Shown here: positions 53,328 to 64,000 of the stretch, piece after piece
Layout: the number at the start of each line of letters is the position of its first letter
Numbering within the stretch: position 1 is the first letter of the stretch
NCBI GenBank assembly: GCA_963666345.1
Contig: OY762721.1
Span: forward strand, 544,001-608,000
Direction of reading: 5' to 3'
Source of the DNA: Desulfatiglandales bacterium
Lineage (GTDB): Bacteria; Desulfobacterota; DSM-4660; Desulfatiglandales; Desulfatiglandaceae
DNA length: 64,000 bases
Translations under genes and position numbers: made by a program
The notes under the pieces: model-generated
Told to the model about the DNA's origin: nothing
Database searches by the model: none
What the model saw: the letters and a program-made list of their open reading frames with translations, nothing else

Positions 53328-55994
53328 TTAGTACTTTACATCATAGGTAAACAGGTATTTTTCACCCTTTTCGATCGGTTCAAAGCTCGCCCCTATTCTT
53401 TCCGCCATCCTGATGAGACCCTTGTTGCCGGGAAGAAACCGCGCCCACAGCCTTTTAAGACCCTGTTTTTTCGCCATCTCTATCCCTATATCCACCAGAA
53501 GGGTTGCAACCCCATGCCTCTGCCAGGGATCACCCACAACGACAACCCATTCGGCCTCTTCTCCGTCCGGATTTCCCGTGAACCTGGTCAAACCAACCAT
53601 CAGGGGGCGCTCCCCTGATCGATCAATCGCTACCATTGCAAGATCCCTGTCGTAGTCTATCTGGGTGAACCTTGCCAGCACCTCCGGTCCGAGAGTCTTC
53701 ACATTGGCCAGGAAGCGGTTGCAGATTGTCTCCTCACTCATATTTTCAAACAGCTCAACGAGCATCGGCCCGTCCTCAGGCCTGATAGGCCTGATAAAAA
53801 GCTTCAGGCCCGTTCGTGTTTCAGCCTCCATTTCGTACTGATACGGATAAGAGCTGATTGCCAGATGCATTGGAGCCGGTTTATCATTAGGTTTTATCAC
53901 AACCCTCGCATCTACCGCATAGGCATCATTTTTCGTCATTATAAGAGGGTTTATATCCAGTTCGGCGATTTCGGGCAAATCCGTCACAAGCTGGGAAATC
54001 CTCACCAATATCTCCTCAAGCAGTTCCAGGTTGACTCCCGGCTGCCCCCTGTAGCCCCTGAGCAGTCGGTAGACCTTGGTCTCCTCCATTATCCTTCTTG
54101 CAAGAAGACGGTTGAGCGGCGGAAGACCAATGGCCCTGTCCTTGAGCAGTTCCGTCATTACCCCTCCCATACCGAAGAGGATTACAGGTCCGAAGTCGGG
54201 GTCCTGTTTTGATCCGACTATTACTTCATAACCCTTCTCCTTAATCATCTCCTGAATAGTGACCCCTCCAAAATCGGCATCAGGATCATACGTCTTTACA
54301 GATGCCTCGATTTCTTCAAAGGCATCGATTACCTCGTCGGCGTTACGCAAATCCAGTCTTATGCCGCCTGCATCCGATTTATGGGTTATACTGTTTGAAT
54401 GTACCTTTGCCACCACCGGATAACCCATGTTGTGGGCAAACTGAACCGCCTTAAGGGCCGTTGTAGCAACGATAGTCCTGTTAATGGGTATTCCGTAAGA
54501 GCTGAGAAGAGATTTCGACTCCATCTCGGTCAGAAGCCCCCTTTTCTTTTCAAGTGCCCTTTCAACGATTGTCCTGGCGCCCAGTCTGTCGTAAACGATC
54601 TCTTTTGAAAGCTCTTTGGGAATCTCCTGAAGAAGTTTCAGGTTCCGCTCGTAATTATAGAGATAGTAAAACGCGCGGATGGCCCCTTCCGGCGATGGAT
54701 AGGTGGGTATTCCCTGATCATTAAGATATTTCCGGCCCGGTTCCACTTCAAGCCCCCCCAGAAGGACCGCGAAAACAGCGCAGTCCCTTCCGGCCAGTGT
54801 GCCGGCAAGCTCTCTGGCTATCTTTTCCGAGGGATAGTTTCCAACAGGAGGAGTCATAAAGAGGATGGCATCGAATTCCTCCGCCTTTATGCATATCTCT
54901 CCGACACTCTTAAGCATCTCAATGGTTGCCGAACCTGTAAGATCTATAGGATTTCCATGACTCCAGAACGAGGGCGCCACCTTGTTTATCTTTTCAATTG
55001 TATCAGGCCTCAGAGGTGCCGGTTCCATATCGTATCTTGCAAGGTAGTCGGCGGCCATGACCCCCGGGCCGCCTGCCGTGGTTATTATGGCGAGATTGGG
55101 CCCCATCGGCTTCGGTTGTTTTGCCATGAGCTCAGCACATCCGAAAAGATCTTCCAGGGTCTCGACCCTTACTATGCCCGCCCGCTTGAACGCCGCATCA
55201 TAAACGGCATCAGCTCCCGCAAGAGATCCAGTATGCGACTGCGCCGCCTTTGCGCCGGCATCAGACCTCCCACTCTTGAGAACCACTATCGGTTTTATAC
55301 GGCTCACGGCGCGAGCGGCGCTCAGAAATCCCCTGGGCTCCACGACTCCCTCAATATAAAGCAGAATGCTGCTGACTTTCGGATCAAGCCCCAGGTAATC
55401 TATAAGGTCCCCGAAATTCACATCCAGCATTGAACCTATGCTTATAAAATGGCTGAAGCCGATCTTTTCCTTGGCCGCAAAATCGAGCACGCTTGCGCAG
55501 ACAGCACCGCTCTGAGATATAAAAGCGAGGCTGCCCGAAAGAGGCATGCTATGGACAAAGCTGGCATTCAGGTTGGAGGCCTCGGCCACTACCCCCATGC
55601 AGTTAGGCCCTACCACCCTTATACCGCCTTGATGAGCTATCTCTTTTATCCTTTTCTCGATCAGGGCGCCTTCACGCCCCACCTCTTTTCCACCGGCCGA
55701 GATTATAACCGCACCGCCCACACCACATTGAGCGCATTCCTCCATGATATCCGGGACAGTGGCAATCGGGGTACATATGACCGCCAGATCAACAGGCTCT
55801 TCCAGGGAACTCAGTGTGGGAAAGGTCCTCATGCCTAGGATCTCTCTTTTTTTAGGGTTGATCGGGTACACGCTTCCCTCAAAGACTTTGAGATTCTCTA
55901 TTACCGACCTTCCTATGGCCCCTTCCCTGTCGGTTGCGCCTATAACCGCTACCGATTCCGGTTTCAATATCTTTTCTATGTTATAAAGACTCAT
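53328..55994 (-). CDS. NDP-forming acyl-CoA-ligase-like/GNAT fusion (Pat-type protein lysine acetyltransferase)
   Basis: P.SVAVIGA, GPNCMG, SQSGA, SHTGSLAG, ATP-grasp HKSDAGG, C-terminal GNAT RFTQIDYDR..WQRHGVA. Confidence 0.9.
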   Translation of the reverse strand: MSLYNIEKILKPESVAVIGATDREGAIGRSVIENLKVFEGSVYPINPKKREILGMRTFPTLSSLEEPVDLAVICTPIATVPDIMEECAQCGVGGAVIISAGGKEVGREGALIEKRIKEIAHQGGIRVVGPNCMGVVAEASNLNASFVHSMPLSGSLAFISQSGAVCASVLDFAAKEKIGFSHFISIGSMLDVNFGDLIDYLGLDPKVSSILLYIEGVVEPRGFLSAARAVSRIKPIVVLKSGRSDAGAKAAQSHTGSLAGADAVYDAAFKRAGIVRVETLEDLFGCAELMAKQPKPMGPNLAIITTAGGPGVMAADYLARYDMEPAPLRPDTIEKINKVAPSFWSHGNPIDLTGSATIEMLKSVGEICIKAEEFDAILFMTPPVGNYPSEKIARELAGTLAGRDCAVFAVLLGGLEVEPGRKYLNDQGIPTYPSPEGAIRAFYYLYNYERNLKLLQEIPKELSKEIVYDRLGARTIVERALEKKRGLLTEMESKSLLSSYGIPINRTIVATTALKAVQFAHNMGYPVVAKVHSNSITHKSDAGGIRLDLRNADEVIDAFEEIEASVKTYDPDADFGGVTIQEMIKEKGYEVIVGSKQDPDFGPVILFGMGGVMTELLKDRAIGLPPLNRLLARRIMEETKVYRLLRGYRGQPGVNLELLEEILVRISQLVTDLPEIAELDINPLIMTKNDAYAVDARVVIKPNDKPAPMHLAISSYPYQYEMEAETRTGLKLFIRPIRPEDGPMLVELFENMSEETICNRFLANVKTLGPEVLARFTQIDYDRDLAMVAIDRSGERPLMVGLTRFTGNPDGEEAEWVVVVGDPWQRHGVATLLVDIGIEMAKKQGLKRLWARFLPGNKGLIRMAERIGASFEPIEKGEKYLFTYDVKY

Positions 55995-56135
55995 ATGCAA
56001 TACCTCATATTAAGATGCCAAAAGGGCTCTATCCGGAATTTTTCCGGTTACCTGCTTCTAGAGAACCCCCTATAAACTTAATCAGTTGATTTTCCCATTT
56101 TTTTATTTGGCTCAAGAGACTTTCAACCCAAAGAC

Positions 56136-56627
56136 TCAATCAAGACGGTCAAAAAGCTTCTGCATCTCCTTTTTGAGGCTCTCAGGTACCGCATCAAGCC
56201 TTTCCCTGGACAGCTCAACATACTCACCTGAGGCCCTGGCAAGTATAACTTCATCCTCGGTTGTTATTTCAGCCCCAGCCCTTATTGCATTTCTTTCTTT
56301 TCCATTTCTGAGAAACCCTTTCACCCTTAAAGGACTTCCAATAGGGACAGGCCTGACATACTTGACCTCCATCTTTCTTGTAACAAAAAACACCCTTTTA
56401 AAATATATCACGGCCCACGACATTATTTCATCCAGCAGGGCGGAGATTATTCCGCCGTGGGCCATATTTTCCCATCCCTCGTAATATTTCTTAAGCGTGA
56501 CATCGGAACATATTTCATCGCCGCATCGGTAGAAATGCATGTCAAGACCAATAGGATTGGCCGTACCGCAGGCAAAGCAACCGTAACCTTCAAGTTTTTC
56601 TATCGGTATCCTTTCTTTTTCATGCAT
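56136..56627 (-). CDS. PaaI-family hot-dog thioesterase
   Basis: CFACG..NPIGL, HGGIISALLDE. Confidence 0.9.
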   Translation of the reverse strand: MHEKERIPIEKLEGYGCFACGTANPIGLDMHFYRCGDEICSDVTLKKYYEGWENMAHGGIISALLDEIMSWAVIYFKRVFFVTRKMEVKYVRPVPIGSPLRVKGFLRNGKERNAIRAGAEITTEDEVILARASGEYVELSRERLDAVPESLKKEMQKLFDRLD

Positions 56628-56663
56628 AACCTAATCTCCAATAATATCGGGAATATGCAAAAC

Positions 56664-57557
56664 CTAATTGAAAAATATCGTAAACCAGGTCATTTCATAA
56701 TCCCACTGTCCGAGCACCTCAAAGCCGTATCTTTGCACCAGGGATAACACCTGTCTCGAGTCACTTCGCATGAGACCTGAAAGGATATACGCCCTGTCCT
56801 GCCTGAAGGTCTCATCCTCGATCAGTTTGATTAGGACTTCATAGTGCAGGTTGGCTAACACAAGATCCGACCTTTCAGATCTGAATTCCTCGGCAGATGC
56901 CTCAATAACCTTCACTTTTCTCCCGAGACCGTTTAGTTTTACATTTCTCTTTGCGGTCTTTACGCACAGAGGATTTATATCTACTGCAAGAGCCGTTTCC
57001 GCCCCGAGAAGTGCCGCCGCAATTGCCAAGACACCGGTACCTGTTCCAAAATCGATTACATTTTCGAATCTATTTTCTTTATAAGCCAGGCATACCGCCT
57101 CAAGGCAGTGCTTCGTTGTAGGGTGAAGACCGTTACCGAATACCAGACCCGGGTCGAGAATCAGAGAAATCAGCCCCGCTTCCGTGGCATCATCGACCCA
57201 TGGAGGAGAAATAATGAACCGCCCGAGCCTCAATCTTTCCGGGATAAGGCCCTGCCACTGTTCATAGGAAAAATCATACTTATCCAGGATAACCAGTTCC
57301 GGGTGAATCTGTCTCAGCTTTTGAATTTCTTCATCCGCCGGTCTTGAAAAAAAGAGAAAATTGTCACCCTCTTCAACCCAGTTTCCCATGAAGCTGCCGC
57401 CTAGGATACCCTCGTCCGATTCTCCGACCCGACCCTCCACAAGATAAATATACAGATCGTTGCCGGGTCTTTCGCAATGCTTCAAGGTCCCGGGGTCATC
57501 CTGGCCTTTAATATTCACCTGATCTTGCCGTATCAATTTCATATATTCTTGTACCAT
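56664..57557 (-). CDS. PrmA-like SAM-dependent methyltransferase
   Basis: DPGLVFGNGLHPTT, DFGTGTGVLAI, ANL, LSG; start codon uncertain. Confidence 0.8.
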   Translation of the reverse strand: MVQEYMKLIRQDQVNIKGQDDPGTLKHCERPGNDLYIYLVEGRVGESDEGILGGSFMGNWVEEGDNFLFFSRPADEEIQKLRQIHPELVILDKYDFSYEQWQGLIPERLRLGRFIISPPWVDDATEAGLISLILDPGLVFGNGLHPTTKHCLEAVCLAYKENRFENVIDFGTGTGVLAIAAALLGAETALAVDINPLCVKTAKRNVKLNGLGRKVKVIEASAEEFRSERSDLVLANLHYEVLIKLIEDETFRQDRAYILSGLMRSDSRQVLSLVQRYGFEVLGQWDYEMTWFTIFFN

Positions 57558-57689
57558 TTGAGCCGGACAAAGTCATTGTATCTTGAAATCTCACCTTCCG
57601 GAGGCGAAATCCACCCAAAAACATGCAAGCCTTGTTCACAGTTTCTAATCCGAAACAAGGCCTGGCCCCTCTGCCTCTACACGCCTTTC

Positions 57690-57867
57690 CGATAAAGGCT
57701 ATCATATCATTGGCCGATATCTCAAAGAAATAGTGTCCGTATCCCGGCCTTCCCAGACCGGCCACCAGCCGCATCCCCGGAAGGTCTCTCCAGAAACGGA
57801 TCGTCATATCCATATCGGCCGTGACCATTGCGGGGTGATTTATACCCGTATATCTTACCATATTCAT
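57690..57867 (-). pseudogene. Truncated VOC/glyoxalase-family gene
   Basis: GINHPAMVTADMDMTIRFWRDLPGMRLV..HYFFEI..IAF is a VOC N-terminus with two apparent Leu to Pro changes; the second half of the fold is absent. Confidence 0.55.
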
Positions 57868-58138
57868 CTCCTTTCATATCCCTTCATATAAGAATAAAAA
57901 AGTTCATTCCCCACCCCTAGACAGGCTCGGAAGGGCCGAAAGCATAAGGCAATGCATTTGTTACTTATTACTGTGTCGCCTAATTTTTAACTTCCCAAGG
58001 ACACATCGATATTAACATACCGAGGCGCTAAATTCCTGGGCCTGAACGGTCCTGATTCTTTCCACCCGGCCGGGCAGACTTTTTGACTTTCAAAATATAA
58101 TGGTTATCAAACAGTAATACCTATAATCCTTAATTTAG

Positions 58139-59254
58139 GTGCTGATCATGAAAATATTTTACGTTTTTATATCTTTTTCCATTCTTCTTTTATCACTTTT
58201 ATTTTTTCAACCATATGTAACAGGATCGGGAAAAGCCATGGAAAAAACAGATAAAAATCTTGAAAAAGCTACCTTAGCCGGCGGCTGCTTCTGGTGCGTT
58301 GAGTCGGACCTTGAAAAAGTTGAAGGCGTCAAAGAGGTCATATCCGGCTATACGGGAGGAAACAGGGAAAACCCCACATACGAAGAGGTTTCATCAGGAA
58401 CAACCGGCCATATAGAGGCGGTCCAGGTTATCTATGATCCAAAGGTTATCACCTATGAAAAGGTCCTCGATATCTTCTGGAAACATATAGACCCAACCGA
58501 TCCGGGGGGGCAGTTCGTGGACAGGGGCTCTCAATACCGAAGCGCAATATTCTATCACGATGAAGAACAAAAACAGAGAGCGGAAGACTCTAAAAAAGGG
58601 CTTCAAGATTCAGGTATATTTCAAAAACCGATCGCAACCGAGATCCTGCCGCTTCTGGCATTTTACAGGGCCGAGGATTACCACCAGAACTATTATAAGA
58701 AAAATCCGATTCGCTATAAATTTTACCGGTTCAATTCCGGTAGAGATCAGTTTTTGAAAAAAACATGGAAAGGCATTGATTTGCCCAATCAAAGCTCGGC
58801 AAAAAACAGGTATAAAAGACCTGATAAAAAAGAAATCAGGAGAATGCTGAATCCGGTTCAATACGACGTAACCCAGAATGACGGCACTGAACCCCCTTTT
58901 AAAAATGAATACTGGGACAATAAAAAGGAGGGCATATATGTGGACATAGTCAGCGGTGAGCCGCTTTTCAGCTCCCTCGACAAATTTGAGTCAGCCACTG
59001 GATGGCCCAGCTTTACAAGGCCCCTTGATCCCAAAAACACCGTTCAGAAACAGGATAAAAGCCTTTTCATGACACGCACCGAGGTCAGGAGCAGATATGC
59101 TGATTCCCATCTGGGGCATGTATTCAATGACGGACCGCAGCCGACCGGCCTGCGCTACTGTATAAACTCGGCCTCCCTCAGATTCATTGCCCTGGAGGAT
59201 CTTGAAAAGGAAGGATACGGCAGCTATTTGAAGCTATTTGAAAAGGCTCCTTGA
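58139..59254 (+). CDS. msrAB: Exported methionine sulfoxide reductase MsrA/MsrB fusion
   Basis: [36 protein letters not shown]-terminal hydrophobic signal; start may be the ATG at 58148. Confidence 0.95.
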   Translation: MLIMKIFYVFISFSILLLSLLFFQPYVTGSGKAMEKTDKNLEKATLAGGCFWCVESDLEKVEGVKEVISGYTGGNRENPTYEEVSSGTTGHIEAVQVIYDPKVITYEKVLDIFWKHIDPTDPGGQFVDRGSQYRSAIFYHDEEQKQRAEDSKKGLQDSGIFQKPIATEILPLLAFYRAEDYHQNYYKKNPIRYKFYRFNSGRDQFLKKTWKGIDLPNQSSAKNRYKRPDKKEIRRMLNPVQYDVTQNDGTEPPFKNEYWDNKKEGIYVDIVSGEPLFSSLDKFESATGWPSFTRPLDPKNTVQKQDKSLFMTRTEVRSRYADSHLGHVFNDGPQPTGLRYCINSASLRFIALEDLEKEGYGSYLKLFEKAP

Positions 59255-61981
59255 ATCCCGGGAGATCTGCCTCATCCTCAAAAACTTTTCAAAACCGACT
59301 ATCATATAGATCAACGTGCTGTTACCGATTACCATGGCCCACTCCGAGATACCCATTGGACGGCTTTCAAAAATCCTGTTGAATAAAGGAGCGTATGTAT
59401 AGGCAAGTTGAAGCAGTGTCATCATGGCCACACCCGCGATCAGCCACATGTTGGAAAACACACCGAGACTCCACATCGATTTGGTGAGGGAGCGGCAGTT
59501 GAACAGGTAAAACATCTCCCCAAAGACGAATACATTAACAGCCAGTGTCCTTGCAAGCTCAACATCTCCACCCTTTAAGACAAGCTCTGCCTTAAAGAGT
59601 CCGAAGGCTCCTAATAGCATGAGAAAACTGACCAGGACTATCCTGAATATGAGGGTGGGCGTCAAAACATGTTCTTTTGTATCCCTTGGCGCCCGATCCA
59701 TTATCCCAGGTTCCTTAGGCTCTACTGCGAGCATCAGCCCCAAAAGCAGGGCAGTGGTCATGTTTATCCAGAGTATCTGAAGAGGCATGATCGGCAGAGT
59801 GGTCCCGAACAATATGGCGACAAGGATGACCAGGCCCTCGCCTCCGTTTGTAGGAAGGGTCCAGGTTATGAACTTTATGAGATTATCGAATATACCTCTA
59901 CCCTCCTCTACCGCGGCCTTTATGGTTGCGAAATTATCATCGGTAAGGACCATGTCGGCAGCCTCTTTAGAGACTTCAGTCCCTGTGATACCCATCGCAA
60001 CTCCGATATCGGCCTGCCTGAGCGCAGGGGCGTCGTTGACCCCGTCTCCGGTCATTGCCACAATGTTTCCTCTTTTTTGCAATAACACAACAAGGCGAAG
60101 TTTTTGTTCCGGAGACACCCTGGCAAATACAGCGGTCCTTTCCATCTGTTCCGTCAGCTCATCATCAGGCAGTCCGGCGATGTCCGCGCCTGAAAGGACC
60201 TCTCTTGTGTGATAGGAGCACGATTCTCCACACAGGCCGAGCTGCTTGGCGACAGCTGCCGCCGTGCCTGCATGATCACCGGTTATCATCTTCACCAGGA
60301 TACCTGCCTTCTGGCATGCTTCCACTGCCTCGACAGCCTCTGGTCTGGGCGGATCAATCATCCCCTGAAGCCCCAGAAACTGCAGCCCTTCCCTGAGATC
60401 TTCGTGAGTTATCCTATTCGTTTCCGGAGGCATCTCCTTTCTGGAAAAAGCAAGCACCCGGAGGCCCTTTTCCGCCATTTTCTCGACCCAACCGTGAATC
60501 TCATTAGGGTCTGCGGCATCCGGTTCCCCCTTTTCATTAAATGCCAGGCTGCATTCCATGCAGAGGCTCTCTAAGGAGCCTTTTACATATATGACCTTTG
60601 GTTTTCCTTTGCCCCGGTCGTGAAGAGTGGCCATATACTGTCGCACCGATTCAAAGGGGATAGAATCTACCCTGGGCATCTCCTTTTCAAGTTCACCTTT
60701 GGCAAACCCCGCCTTTCCCGCAGAGGCAATCAATGCCCCTTCAGTGGGATCGCCTTCGACACGCCATCCCTCATCGGTCTCTTTAAGTAAAGAATCATTG
60801 CAAAGGACTCCTGCCCGGAAGAGTTCCTTTAAGGCCTCATTGGAAGCCATATGAAGGCCTCCCTGATCAGGCAGGACAGAACCAGAGGGAGAGTATCCGA
60901 CGCCAGAAAGGCTGTAGTGTCGTCCCGCGGCATAGACATCTTCAACTGTCATCTGATTCTGTGTAAGAGTACCGGTCTTATCCGAGCATACAACTGTTGT
61001 GCTTCCAAGCGTCTCTACGGCAGGCAGTTTTCTTATAATGGCATTTCTTTTCGCCATCCTAGCCACACCTATTGCAAGAGTAATGGTTATTGCTGCCGGA
61101 AGACCTTCCGGTATGGCCCCAACCGCAAGGGCAACAGAGGCAAGAAACATCTCCACCAGATCCTGCCCTCTAAGGCTTCCCATCACGAAGGTAAACGCGG
61201 CCATGCCAAGTATCACATAGAGAAGTATCCTGCTGAAATATTCTATCTTTCCGGTAAGAGGCGTTGCCAGGATCTCTGCAGAGGATATAAGCTCGTTGAT
61301 TCGTCCTATCTCGGTCTTATCTCCTGCGGCAATCACCATGCCACTTCCTGAGCCATAGGTTACAAGTGTCGAGGAATAGGCCATGTTTCTCCTGTCGGCT
61401 ATAACCGTATCTCCTTCAATGATCCTCTCATCCTTCTGAACGGGAATGCTTTCACCGGTAAGGGCGCTTTCATCTATCTGGAGCTCTCTTGTCTTGAAAA
61501 GACGAAGGTCGGCTGGGACCTTGTCCCCCGACTGAAGCAGCACAATATCTCCCGGAACAAGGCTTGAAGACTGAACCTTCCTCTTTTCCCCATTTCTAAG
61601 GACCGTGGCCTCACTCACCATGGCCCTAGCAAGGGCATCTATCGCCCTGAGGGCCTTTGCCTCCTGTATAAAGCCTATGATCGAGTTTACAAGTACAACT
61701 CCGAATATAACCCCTGCATCGACCCATTCCCTTAAGAAGAGGGTCACACCTGTTGCCGCAAGAAGTATGATAACCAGGGGCTGGTTGAACTGAAGAAAAA
61801 ATCTAACCAAAGGCCCCTGGCCTTTCTTCTTTGTCAAGCGGTTGGCGCCGAAGGCCCTTTCCCTGTCAAGTGCGTTCCGGCTTGAAAGGCCTGCTTCAAG
61901 ATCGGTCTCTAACAGACCCTCTATGTCCTCGACACTCAGGTTGTGCCACTCGCCCTTTGGCAGAGTATCCATATGAATCAC
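59234..61981 (-). CDS. Cation-transporting P-type ATPase (P2A, Ca2+-type)
   Basis: [33 protein letters not shown]. Confidence 0.95.
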   Translation of the reverse strand: MIHMDTLPKGEWHNLSVEDIEGLLETDLEAGLSSRNALDRERAFGANRLTKKKGQGPLVRFFLQFNQPLVIILLAATGVTLFLREWVDAGVIFGVVLVNSIIGFIQEAKALRAIDALARAMVSEATVLRNGEKRKVQSSSLVPGDIVLLQSGDKVPADLRLFKTRELQIDESALTGESIPVQKDERIIEGDTVIADRRNMAYSSTLVTYGSGSGMVIAAGDKTEIGRINELISSAEILATPLTGKIEYFSRILLYVILGMAAFTFVMGSLRGQDLVEMFLASVALAVGAIPEGLPAAITITLAIGVARMAKRNAIIRKLPAVETLGSTTVVCSDKTGTLTQNQMTVEDVYAAGRHYSLSGVGYSPSGSVLPDQGGLHMASNEALKELFRAGVLCNDSLLKETDEGWRVEGDPTEGALIASAGKAGFAKGELEKEMPRVDSIPFESVRQYMATLHDRGKGKPKVIYVKGSLESLCMECSLAFNEKGEPDAADPNEIHGWVEKMAEKGLRVLAFSRKEMPPETNRITHEDLREGLQFLGLQGMIDPPRPEAVEAVEACQKAGILVKMITGDHAGTAAAVAKQLGLCGESCSYHTREVLSGADIAGLPDDELTEQMERTAVFARVSPEQKLRLVVLLQKRGNIVAMTGDGVNDAPALRQADIGVAMGITGTEVSKEAADMVLTDDNFATIKAAVEEGRGIFDNLIKFITWTLPTNGGEGLVILVAILFGTTLPIMPLQILWINMTTALLLGLMLAVEPKEPGIMDRAPRDTKEHVLTPTLIFRIVLVSFLMLLGAFGLFKAELVLKGGDVELARTLAVNVFVFGEMFYLFNCRSLTKSMWSLGVFSNMWLIAGVAMMTLLQLAYTYAPLFNRIFESRPMGISEWAMVIGNSTLIYMIVGFEKFLRMRQISRDSRSLFK

Positions 61982-62258
61982 ACCTTTCCACCTGAAATGG
62001 AGTAAACAATGGTTACAGGAAGCAACAGGAAAAATACAAGATCATTTACCGTCTTTACGGAGTAGGGAATCACCATCTTGAGAAAAACTGCCGACATGAG
62101 AATTGCATAAATCAACGCAATGTTCTGTAGTGCGTTTTCCACTTCAAAGGTTATCAGTTATCAGAAGCATCTTTCATTCAAAAGTTGTATATCCATTGAC
62201 CGCCTTCCTGATAAATACCACAAAGGGGCGCCTGTGGGAAGCTTTCTCAAATGCAAAT

Positions 62259-62289
62259 AAAAAGGCCTCCCTGAAATTCAGGGAGGCCC
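62259..62289 (-). terminator. rrn operon terminator
   Basis: GGCCTCCCTGAA-ATTCAGGGAGGCC hairpin with a U-tract on -, just past the 5S gene. Confidence 0.85.
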
Positions 62290-62297
62290 AATAATAA

Positions 62298-62413
62298 TTC
62301 GGCGGCGTCCTACTCTCCCACGCAGTCTCCCACGCAGTACCATCGGCGCTGAAGAGCTTAACTGCCGTGTTCGGGATGGGAACGGGTGTTTCCTCTTCGC
62401 TATTGCCACCGAA
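62298..62413 (-). rRNA. rrf: 5S rRNA
   Basis: Reverse complement contains CCCGTTCCCATCCCGAACACGG, GCCGATGGTACTG and GGGAGAGTAGG; paired ends. Confidence 0.97.
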
Positions 62414-62499
62414 AACTCTGAACCGGTTGATTCAACCGGTCTTTTAACTTATTAAACTGAATACAGGGGACGATCAAAGACGATAAATATCAAAATTTT

Positions 62500-64000
<1,501 letters not shown>

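Noticed and set aside
62315..62338. Tandem CTCCCACGCAGT duplication
   Set aside because: Lies within an ordinary 5S rRNA helix region and the gene length is normal

Overview
Bacterial chromosomal window, probably from an anaerobic deltaproteobacterium (Desulfobacterota-like; inferred from gene content, not searched). It has four parts. (1) 0.1-9.1 kb: a complete Lap-type c-di-GMP-controlled adhesin export locus with TolC/LapE, LapG protease, LapD receptor, a small divergent hypothetical gene, T1SS ABC transporter and HlyD subunits, and a pseudo-receiver LuxR regulator. (2) 9.1-10.8 kb: an accessory patch with a truncated AbiEii-like gene, a RelE/ParE toxin-antitoxin pair and three copies of a 41-bp direct repeat, bounded by two related hairpins. 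(3) 10.8-40.3 kb: three tandem giant retention-module RTX adhesins (4938, ~2707 and ~2008 aa) that are mosaics of shared DNA blocks. Each has the same palindrome exactly 88 nt upstream of its ATG and a related terminator, and the largest carries 8 near-identical 753-bp repeats. A decayed transposase tail follows. (4) 40.8-64 kb: a histidine kinase and sigma54 activator upstream of an unusual operon (Cys-rich protein, NuoE/NuoF/HoxU-like HydABC-type module, stand-alone FMN glutamate-synthase-domain protein), then an NMO/FabX-like flavoprotein, a Na/Pi cotransporter, a Pat acetyltransferase, a thioesterase, a PrmA-like methyltransferase, a VOC remnant, MsrAB, a P-type ATPase, 5S rRNA and the 3' half of 23S rRNA. 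The best candidates for an undescribed system are the HydABC-like module plus FMN GltB-domain operon and the co-regulated, module-shuffled adhesin trio. All family calls come from motif recognition by eye; no database search was run.
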